From positions 1-48,847 of the forward strand of contig CAYFOU010000002.1 of the NCBI GenBank assembly GCA_964344805.1: a DNA stretch of 48,847 bases, read 5' to 3'. Position 1 is the stretch's first letter, and each line of letters starts with the position of its first letter. The notes under the pieces were generated by a model. It was not told the origin of the DNA. It saw only the letters and a program-made list of their open reading frames with translations, and did not search any database. The position numbers were made by a program, and so were the translations under genes. Positions 35,408 through 44,900 of this stretch are shown in pieces. Source of the stretch: an uncultured Piscirickettsiaceae bacterium (GTDB lineage Bacteria > Pseudomonadota > Gammaproteobacteria > GCF-002020875).

Positions 35408-35862
35408 TGTCAAACCAAAACGAAGAGGCTTTTCTATTCAAGGTTATACGTGACCCCGATGCTGTTCGTTTTGCGCAACTGATTTTTCGTGCGAGTCAGG
35501 TGCTTGATGATCTCTATGATCAGGACCGAGAGGTCAGTAAAGATCTTGTTGTAAGGACGTTCTGGGAGCTTTTGGTAGAGCTGCCAAACAACCCGTTCTA
35601 TTTGCGAAATATCTCAACTTTAACGCCGCTGATCCAGTCGATGATGGTCGATTGGATGGATTCGTGTGTTCTGGAAAAAAGTGGTGATGAGGAAGAGCTG
35701 AGGATTGCGTATGTACTCAGAGACAGTATCAGCGCTCTGACGATCCACTGCGCATATCTGGTTAATGGATATGAGTGGATGCTGAAAGTATCGCCAGAGG
35801 TGCGGCGACTTGTGTTTGATGAGCCGATTGAAGAGTACCAGGAGAGTTTGGGCAATGGGTAG
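35407..35862 (+). CDS. hypothetical helical protein (151 aa) with DDLYD (DDxxD-type) motif
   Basis: AGGAGA lies 8 nt upstream. The segment ..LIFRASQVLDDLYDQD.. plus ..AYVLRDS.. is reminiscent of isoprenoid-synthase acidic motifs, but the protein is about half the size of such enzymes. Confidence 0.45.
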   Translation: MSNQNEEAFLFKVIRDPDAVRFAQLIFRASQVLDDLYDQDREVSKDLVVRTFWELLVELPNNPFYLRNISTLTPLIQSMMVDWMDSCVLEKSGDEEELRIAYVLRDSISALTIHCAYLVNGYEWMLKVSPEVRRLVFDEPIEEYQESLGNG

Positions 35863-36439
35863 CTTTAGTGGTGGAGGTGGGGGCAGCAATAAGGTTGAAG
35901 CATCACCTCTTGAAATTGAGAACGCTGAGATCAGCCGGGAGAAATGGGATCGTTACAAGGGTAGCTTCCGGGAGAAAGTGGAATCCAAGTTCCGTGAGCG
36001 TGTAAATGCAATGGGGGTTGAGGGTGCCAGCAATGCCGCTGCGAGCATGGCTGAGGTGTCTCTGTCCAATAAGTTTCGTGATCATGCAAAAAGCACTATT
36101 GCATCTGAAATGCAGAATAGTGGCGTGAGTGCCCGTAGCGGGAGAATGATCGGTCTGAGGGCCAAGACACAGCGCATGGGTGCAGGGATGAATACAGCTT
36201 CAAAAGGGCGAGCCCGATCCGGTCAAAAAGACCGCCATTACGGAGGCAAGATGAATGGTCTCAGTATTGGTCAAGGACAAGCTGTATCTGCGCAAAATTC
36301 GATGATGGGACTTGTTGATGATGCGGTCAAAGAGCAGCAGCAGAAGGCAATTGCGAAGTGGAATGACAGCAATATGTTGCAAACCACTGCAGTTCAGACT
36401 GGTACTTTGGGTGCCATGTACTTCAAGCGCAAGGGGTAG
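35855..36439 (+). CDS. internal virion/ejection-type protein, paralogue 1 (194 aa), N-terminus MGSFSGGGGGS
   Basis: Its ATG overlaps the previous stop (ATGGGTAG). It is Gly/Ser/Ala/Gln-rich and sits in the block preceding the giant protein. Confidence 0.55.
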   Translation: MGSFSGGGGGSNKVEASPLEIENAEISREKWDRYKGSFREKVESKFRERVNAMGVEGASNAAASMAEVSLSNKFRDHAKSTIASEMQNSGVSARSGRMIGLRAKTQRMGAGMNTASKGRARSGQKDRHYGGKMNGLSIGQGQAVSAQNSMMGLVDDAVKEQQQKAIAKWNDSNMLQTTAVQTGTLGAMYFKRKG

Positions 36440-36442
36440 ATT

Positions 36443-36862
36443 ATGGGCAGTATGAGTGGCGGCGGTGGTGGAGGGCAGCCTCAACAAGACTGGACAGCAG
36501 CCAATATCTCAGTAGATGTCTCAAGGGATATTTGGGAGACCTACAAGGCGGACTATACGCAGTGGGAAAACGACCTGATTGCTGCCTCGACCGATACCAG
36601 TGCTGATATGGCGGAATCGGATGCCTTTGCAATGACGGATGTGGATGAGTCTTTCCGAAAGGCTGGAAATGAGTTCTCCATGGTCAACGCCAGAATGGGG
36701 GTCCAGATTAATGGTCGAGATCAGTCGATCCTCGACCGCCAGAGCAATCTTGACGCGGCCTTGGCGAAGGCGAATGCCATCAATACAGGGCGTCATGATG
36801 TTGACGAGAGGGCGCTGCAGTTAATGACTGGCGGTGTTAAGGCAAAAAACAGCGTTGCATAG
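36443..36862 (+). CDS. internal virion/ejection-type protein, paralogue 2 (139 aa), N-terminus MGSMSGGGGGG
   Basis: AAGGGG RBS. It shares its N-terminus and the ..SR-(K/I)W-(R/T)YK.. segment with ORF 35855. Confidence 0.55.
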   Translation: MGSMSGGGGGGQPQQDWTAANISVDVSRDIWETYKADYTQWENDLIAASTDTSADMAESDAFAMTDVDESFRKAGNEFSMVNARMGVQINGRDQSILDRQSNLDAALAKANAINTGRHDVDERALQLMTGGVKAKNSVA

Positions 36863-36874
36863 AGGGGGTTCAAT

Positions 36875-37141
36875 ATGAGCGGATTAATCAATGCGGGGAT
36901 TAAAGGGTACCAAGAGCCTGCGCTAAAAGGGTTCCAGGTTGCTGCTGAAGGTGAGTTTGCAAGAAATGGCACTGCACGTGATATTGATGCACAGGATAAG
37001 GCGCTGCAGATGCAGACGGTCATGACTGGTGCAGGGATGGGAATGTATTACGGCATGAGCGAGGCTGGTGCTGCACTTGGGGGGCCGGCGGGAGCTGCTA
37101 TTGGTGCTGGGATCGGGTTGCTGATTGATGGATTGTTCTGA
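36875..37141 (+). CDS. glycine-zipper membrane protein (88 aa)
   Basis: GAGGGGG RBS. The C-terminal half, GAGMGMYYGMSEAGAALGGPAGAAIGAGIGLLIDGLF, is a GxxxG-rich hydrophobic segment. Confidence 0.6.
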   Translation: MSGLINAGIKGYQEPALKGFQVAAEGEFARNGTARDIDAQDKALQMQTVMTGAGMGMYYGMSEAGAALGGPAGAAIGAGIGLLIDGLF

Positions 37142-38994
37142 TGAAACTACATACTCCTAATTTGATGGGCGGCGTCAAGGACGCTATCGCGCTTGGACAT
37201 GCTTTGTTTGGCGACAAAGAGGGTGAGACCCCGACTTCTGCCAGCACCAACAAGAAGAATGGTGCGGCGGCTCGAAAAGAGGATGCACTTGCGGACAAGT
37301 ACAGTGCGGAAGCAGATTCGACAAGGGCAAAAATGCCTCGGGAGGTGGAGAAGCTTGGTGCCCAGGTGGGCTCTGAGCGGGCGAAAGGCAGAAAGTATGA
37401 TGCTGAGGCAGCTGATGCGGATTCTTCGACCCGGGCGAGAGATGCCAAGTTGCCGCATGAGGTGGAGAAGCTTGGTGCCGAAATAGGTGACAAGCGGGCT
37501 TCTGCCAAGAAAAAAGAGGAAGAGACAAGGAAGCTGGCAATCGAGCGCCGGAAGCAGGCCACAACAAGTGCAATTACCGGATTTTACGATGCAGCGATGT
37601 CTCTCCCGGCCGGGGCCTCCGGCGAGGAGCTGAATCGACTGGTCAGTCACTATCAGGGAGTGATCGACGATGAGGGTGAGATGTTCGATCTTGCGGCCAC
37701 GCTTTCTGGAGATGGCGGTTTCTCAGCCGCCCATCGAATGACAGAGATGATTGATGACATCCGGCGCATGCAGAATGCAGGCACCTATGAGGGAGGCAAT
37801 CGGACATGGCGTGAAGAGGACGGCATGCGAACAGAAAAGCTGCAGGGTTATAAGGATGAGGCGCTGTCCATTCTGCAGAACGACCCTCACATCCAGAGGA
37901 TGATTGATCGCGGCAATGGTGGAAGAAAGGTGCTTTCTGATATTGTCCCGGGAAGTGAGATCTCGGATTCTCTGCCTGATGATCACCTCTACGTCGAGCT
38001 GGAGGTGACCCGGCCAGATGGTTCTGTCTCTTATGAGTTGATGACGATGAATCGGGGCACCAAGGAAGAGGGTGACGACCGAGCAAAACCAGTCGCGCTG
38101 AGAGACATCCAGCAGCATTTCTATGGTCAGCAGAAGATCGCATCAGCACTGGAGCCGTTCCGAAAAGTTCTCCAGAGGAGGCAGCAGGAAGGTTATTACA
38201 GTGCAACGACTGATCCCACGACCCATCAATCTAACCTGAGATTGGGAGAGAACCTCATCACCAAGGGGATCGATACTCGAAATACGCTGGAGGGTGAGGC
38301 AACAGGGCGATATCAGCAGCAAGTCGATGCTCTGATGGAAAGTGGTCTTGGAGCCCTGCGGCAGGCACGGGCGGCAGAGCAGGCCGGCGGTGAGAAGATG
38401 GGCGATGATGACCGTGCAGCTTTGCTTGCGATGGAAAACCAGCTGGATGACCTCGAAGCAGAACATCAGCTGGGCATGTTGTCGGCTCAGAGGCGCGGAG
38501 CCACATACCTTCAGGCAGCGGATAAAGTGCGGGATGGCCAGGCCAAGCCACCAACCGCAAGTTTGGGATCAGCTGCGTTCAGCTCGACTGCTCCAGCAAC
38601 TGCTGCACCTGCTCCAGCGGTTAATACGGTGACGCCGACACAGCGTGCTACCGGTTCATTGTCGTCTATGGTTGCTCAAACCATGGCGAACCACCCAGAT
38701 CAGCCTCCAGTCAGCGAAGCTCCGACCGCTCAGGTAGCTCCAGCAGCGGATGATGAGGGCGCTGATCAGGCCCTTCATGGTCTGCAGGGTATTGTTCACT
38801 CAACTGATGCAGGGCTTAGCGAGGGTGATGCGCGTGCAAAAATCAGGGAGCTGAACCGGATCTATGAGCTGGCCAAGAGCAATCCGGCATTAATGAGCAA
38901 GCTTGTCTCCCGTACCGGGGCGAAAACAGTCGAACAATTCTTCCGTGAATTGATGGCAAGATTGATGAAGCAAGCGGGCATCAGGGGTGGTTGA
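37141..38994 (+). CDS. internal virion/ejection protein (617 aa) with a 39-aa tandem repeat
   Basis: ATGA overlap upstream. The exact 21-nt repeat GAGGTGGAGAAGCTTGGTGCC occurs at 37342 and 37459 (..P(R/H)EVEKLGA..). The protein is charged and helical with an Ala/Pro-rich C-terminal part. Confidence 0.55.
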   Translation: MKLHTPNLMGGVKDAIALGHALFGDKEGETPTSASTNKKNGAAARKEDALADKYSAEADSTRAKMPREVEKLGAQVGSERAKGRKYDAEAADADSSTRARDAKLPHEVEKLGAEIGDKRASAKKKEEETRKLAIERRKQATTSAITGFYDAAMSLPAGASGEELNRLVSHYQGVIDDEGEMFDLAATLSGDGGFSAAHRMTEMIDDIRRMQNAGTYEGGNRTWREEDGMRTEKLQGYKDEALSILQNDPHIQRMIDRGNGGRKVLSDIVPGSEISDSLPDDHLYVELEVTRPDGSVSYELMTMNRGTKEEGDDRAKPVALRDIQQHFYGQQKIASALEPFRKVLQRRQQEGYYSATTDPTTHQSNLRLGENLITKGIDTRNTLEGEATGRYQQQVDALMESGLGALRQARAAEQAGGEKMGDDDRAALLAMENQLDDLEAEHQLGMLSAQRRGATYLQAADKVRDGQAKPPTASLGSAAFSSTAPATAAPAPAVNTVTPTQRATGSLSSMVAQTMANHPDQPPVSEAPTAQVAPAADDEGADQALHGLQGIVHSTDAGLSEGDARAKIRELNRIYELAKSNPALMSKLVSRTGAKTVEQFFRELMARLMKQAGIRGG

Positions 38995-41900
38995 TGTCTG
39001 AATTCAGTCTTGCTGGTGAACTGGGGCAAACCCAGTTGAGTAAAGAAGAGCTGCAGATCATTGAGGCGAACAGACGACGCAAGGAGGAGCGGGCGAGACT
39101 GTTCGAGCAGGAGCAGCGAAATAATCAGGGGCTTCAGCCGCTGCACGCCCTTGTAAGGGGGGCGGTTAGTTCTGTTCAGTCGCTTGGCAGTGGGCTGAAG
39201 TTTGTTGGTGCAGAAGAGACCGGTCAGGCTATTGAAGGCTGGGCTGAAGAGACCAATCAGGATATCTATGATGATATGTCTGATAAGACCCGGGAGGCCA
39301 TCAGCACCCCTTTGACCGTCGAGAATGAGGATGCCCTGCTTGGTGTCTCTCTCAATCCTGATGCCGGCTGGGAAGATTTCTTTATGGGGGCAATGGAGGG
39401 CAGTGGCTCTGCTATTGCTTCGGTTGCCGCCGGTGGCCCTGCCAGTGCCGGTGTAAAAGCCGCGCTGAACAAAGGGTCTCAATGGGCTGCAAAGCGGATG
39501 AGCCGTGAAGCAAAGGCCCTGATTCAGGATGGCGCTGATCCAGGCAAGGCTGCTGAACTGGTGCTCTCCCAGTACAAGGTAGGAAAGTTCTCAGTTCCAG
39601 AGACTGTTGCCGGGGTGACCGGTGCAGCAGTTGGTTTTGGTGGTACCGGCGCCTTGATGGAGGGCGGTGGCGCAGCATCAGAAGTGGAGGATGCAGTCCT
39701 TCAGCTGCCATGGAAAGAGGCGAACCAGATCGAGCGATTTGGTGAGATTTACCACCAGCAGGTAGAGGGGGATGAAAATCTCCGTGATCTTCCGCTTGCA
39801 GAGAAGCATCGGATCGCGCTGAAGCTCTATGCCCGGGAAGAGGCGGATCGGGCATTTGATGACATGGCCGTGAAGGCCGGGATCACCTCTGTGGTCGCTG
39901 GGCCGATGTTGCAAAAAGCCATGCTCGGGAGGTCATCCTCAGTGGGGAGAGGGTTTGCATCAGGTGTTGTGGCTGAATCAGCTGAAGAGGGGTATATCGC
40001 CGGTGAGACCCAGCAGAATATCAATACTGCCACCGGCCGTCCGGAGGATGAAGGGGTCGCCCAGGCGCGTGCCGAAGGTGCAGTGCGCGGTGGTATGGCC
40101 GGTGGTGCGGTCTCGGCTCCCAATGCGCTCATGCGTGGTGCCCAGGGAACCCTGCAGAAGGCAGATATTGAGGCTGCAGATGCGGTTGCTGACGAGAAGC
40201 GCACCAAGCACCTGGATGCAATTAACCAGTCGAGAGAAGCAATGGGGCTCTCCCCGATGCAGTCTCTGGATGAATTTGAGGACCGGTACAGAGTAATCCC
40301 TGGTGCAGACGATGGTGATCCTTTCATCATATATGACACCCATGAGCGGAAGACAGTCGGCCATAAAGAGGATGAAGGGAAGGCTGCACACTTGGCTAAA
40401 TTGAAGAATCTGGAGCACAACATTGCTCGGGGGGAGCCGGTGAGTGACGCTCCCGCTGAAGCGGACCCAGAGACCCCGGCCGAGGCCCCGGTGGATGAAG
40501 AGGTTCCTGCTGAGGATGTTCCTGTCCCTGCAGAGGAGGGTGAAGCGAGCAAAAGTGCTGACAGCTCACGCGAAGCAGTCGAACGTGGAGAGGTGTATAG
40601 CGCATCTTCTCAGGGCGCGTCGCTCGAAGAAGCTCACATAAAGCTTGCCGAGAAGAAGGCCGAAGGTGCCAGGGAAGCATTGCAGCGATTGTTGATGAAA
40701 AATGACCCCGCCGCTGTATCAATCATGCTGCCCAATGGAGAGCGAGTGAGTGGTCAGCAGGCCGGGGACTTGATCGAAAAGCTGGTTCTTGCCGGCAACG
40801 ATGGCTCTGACATCCTAGGCCGTATGCCAGCCATGTTTGAGCAGTCCTCTATTGAGCCCCTGCAGGCTGAAGAGGTTGAATCACCAGCAGCAGAAGAGGT
40901 GCCGGGGCCGGAGGCTCAAGAAGTATCAATCCCAGAGGTAGCTGAGGTTCGCATGTCAGATGCCCGGGGCTGGGGGTTGCCGGAGCTGCAGGCCCAATCA
41001 GAGATGCGCGGTCTGCCAACAACAGATCTCTCTGGCAAGGGGCTGACGATCAATCAGATGCTCGATAATCTGGATGACTTCCAGCGTGGCCGCAAGGTGG
41101 AGGCCGCCGGTGAACTGAGAAACCCTGCGGATAAGATGCTGGCCCACCCGGTCCAGGCGCTGATCAAGAGGATGGGGGGCGTGAACCCGGCCTCTCCGAT
41201 CGGAAAGGAGCTGCGAGCTACCGATGCACATTCATGGATTTTCAATAATGAGGGGCTGGGATCTCTGGACGGTATTGTCCAGAGTGAGCATGAAGAATTC
41301 AGCTTGTTGCCGCCGGCAGAGGATCTGAACGGTTTTGTTGATGAGAGTGTGATTGTTGATCTTGTGCGCGAGGAGCTGTCTGGCAATCCTCTGCGAAGTA
41401 GTCGGCAACAGGAGGCGATAGACAGCTACCAGATGGACCTGTTGGCAGGCAAGCAGGCTGAGGCCGATGCTGAGATGCGGGCACTTGGTGATGGGCATGA
41501 TGAGTTGTCGAATTTTGAGCTAGACAGATTGGACTACGATCAAGACTGGGGGGATTTCCACAGCCAGACAGTTGACCTTTACCAAAGGGCCGCTCAATAT
41601 GATGAAGAGGCAGCAGATCGATTGATGGGTGACCTGGAGGTCAATCCAGTTGATTTGCAAAATCAGCTGCAGGGGATCGTTACCCTATTTGAGGAGCAAA
41701 ACAGTGAGCATGTCGCCGGAAGACCGGAAGATCAGGGAGTCCCAAGTGGCCTGGATGAAGAGGCACAAGGAGAAGAAGTTGGGGCAGTCGAGCCCGCCGC
41801 CGCAGGAGCAGAAGGACAGCAAGAAATAGAGGGGCTTGGCAGCCCGATCGATCAGGCTGCTCATGAAGCGGCCACTTCCCCGCTCAATGATCATCCTGAG

Positions 41901-44900
41901 CCAACTGATGGGCAGAAGAAGGCGGGGAACTACAAACTGGGGCCGGTGAAAGTCCATGGACTTGATATAAGTATCGAGAATCCAAAAGGTTCCGTGCGCC
42001 GTGGGGTAGGCCGTAACGACAAAGAGTGGGCGGTAAAGCTGCAGTCTCACTATGGCTATATCAAAGGGACTGTCGGCAAAGATAAGGATCATGTGGATGT
42101 GTTCCTGGGTGACAATGTAGAAAGCCCTGATCTGCCAGTATTTGTTGTGGATCAGGTTGACCCGGCCAGCAGAAAATTCGATGAGCATAAGGTCATCATG
42201 GGAGCCGCTACCCGGGAAGAGGCTGAGGCGATTTACCTCTCGAATTATGAGGCTGGATGGACCGGTCTGGACGGCATTACCGAAATGCCCCTGGATGAGT
42301 TCAAGGCATGGGTGAAAGACTCGAAGAAAACGCAAAATCGATTGAGTGATGCTGATCCTCAATTTGCGCGTCATTCAGAAGATGGTCAGGAGGGTGGCTA
42401 CAAAAAATTGCCAAGATCCAGGGTTCAGCTGTATGCTAACCAGCTCAATACGTATCTCAGCAAAGAACCAGAGATTGGAGTAAGACACGCTTATGAACAG
42501 GTTGATATGCCTGACACCTCTGTTGGATGGGTCCGGGCGTTTGAAGAAGCTCTTGGACGAAAGGTCGTCTTTATCCAGCCAAACCACCCCAGAGCCAAAG
42601 GCTTCATCAATGGAGCCTACGTCAAAGGAGATATCCTCTACATCTCAGCAGAAGCCGGAGAACCCAACTTCGTCCAAGTAGCTGGGCATGAATTCCTCCA
42701 TTCTCTGCAGAAAAACAATAGCGACCTGCATCGTTATCTAGTCGACAACCTGACAAAATATGTTACGCCTGAGAAGATGCGGGAGCATCATCTCAAGCTG
42801 CGCGAGATCACTGATTACAGTTCTGAAGTAACCAGAAACGAATTGCTTGCCGATTTCGTTGGAGATGCGTTCAACGATACCGAATTCGTGAAGCAACTGG
42901 CCGAGGACAACCCCTCCAAATTCAAATCTCTGCTCAATAGCCTGATCGATTTCTTCTCTGGACTTGCGGACAAGCTGCAGAAGCCTGATGACAGATCTTC
43001 GAAATATTTCCATGATGTGGCCGGAATGCGCGACCATCTCAGGACCGTTATGGATGCCTATGTAAATGGAAAAAGCATTGATGAGGTGACTGAGGATAAG
43101 CCCCTGTACCAAAGGCAGAGTCCCGCACCAGCTCATGGAACTGCAGAGGACCAAGCCGGTAGCAATAGAGTTCTGAGTGGCTTCGGTCAGGGTATCGCTT
43201 CCGGGTTGAAACGTAACGGCCTCACCTGGAGAACAGTCAAGGACACGATCCGCCCGGGGATGCTCTGGGGGATGACCGGTAAACAGATTCTTGAGGTTTA
43301 TGGTGGCAAACTGCGCGGCTCATTGAGGCAGTACACCCATCTTCTTGATCAGATGCGCGAAGAGAAGAGCCGCCTGATCAACCGTGCCGACAGCATCGAG
43401 AAACGGTGGAATCGCCATGTCGATGCGACGGAGATTGGCGAGATTCTGCTGGATGGCACCTTCAACCAGGTCGACCCACTGATGTCATTTGATGACCATG
43501 AGCATATCCGCAAGAAGCGCGAGAAGATCCATGGGCTGACTCGGGATCTGCGCATGATGGATGAGATGTCTCCGGATCAGGCTTATTTGGAGGACCAGCT
43601 GCTTGATCTGGAAACGGAGATGGACGGGCTGAAGGAGACGCACGCGATGCTGCAGGGGCGGTACCAGTCCCTCGACAGCAGCGGCCAGAGAATCTATCAA
43701 GAGGTCCGAGACTCCTATTCAGATGGTCTGCAGGAGTATAAGGAGGCGTTGCTGGAGCGGATTCAGCGCAGTGAAATGGGGGGTAAGGCAAAGGTCGCTG
43801 CTCGCAGCCAGGTTGAACTGATGTTTGCTGAGATGGCGCATCAGGTTGCCTACTTCCCTTTGAAGCGATTCGGCCAGAACATTGTTCTCGCTGAGATCGA
43901 TGGCGAGCGTCACGTCATGAAGTTCGACCGAGTGTCCGATGCCGAGGCAGAAAAGAACCGCATTGTTGATGAGGGCGGGATCGCTGAGCGCCACACAGAA
44001 ATGGACTACCTGAAGAGTGATAACACGGTGACTCCTCAGTTCATGACGGATGTCGAGGCCATGCTCGAAGGAAACGGCTTGATGTCTCAGGATCTTCGAG
44101 ATTCGCTGAACCAGCTTTATCTCAACTACCTGCCGGAAAGCTCTTCCAGAAAGCAGTTCATGCACCGAAATTATGTGCTGGGCTTCTCCCGCGATGCAAT
44201 CAGATCTTTCTCACACTCCATGTTCCATGGTGCTCACCACATGGCCAAGATCAAGTTTGCAGACAAGATGCAGGATGAGCTGAGCCGGATGGAGCAGATG
44301 ACGAATTGGAAAACCTACAAGATATTTGCCTCGGAGCAGGCAAAGCAGGTTGCCGATTACGAGGATGAAAATGCGGCTCTGCGTGCGGCAGCAGAGGCGA
44401 GAAAAACGCATCCTGATTGGGATGTAAGTGTCGATCCAGATGATGCCGGCAACTGGGTGGTGACCATCAAACCGGTCAACAACCGGGAGGAGGTTGGCAG
44501 CTTCAGCACCGAGATTGAGGCCCGGGAAGCGCGGGTCACAATGATGGAGAAAATGCCAGAGTCCGAGTTCACCATTGTGCCCGAGACCAATCCTGATCTG
44601 GCTTCTGACCTCAAGGACTCAGAGTCTCTTGCTCATGTCGTCAATCACATGAAGAAGCGTCATGAGGTGCTGATGAACCCCGCCGGCTCCAGATTGGCGA
44701 ACGCACTGAGTGGATATGGCTTTCTGATGTATCTCGGCTTTACGCCGGCTGCCGCCATGGTGAATATGTCCCAGACTGGTTTGGTGGCCCTGCCGCAGTT
44801 GGCAGCTCGGCATGGCTGGAACAGGGCTCAAAAGGCGCTGCATGGTTATGTGAAGGATATCGCGGTCGGTGGGCATATCGACGGGGTGGATGATATTGAA

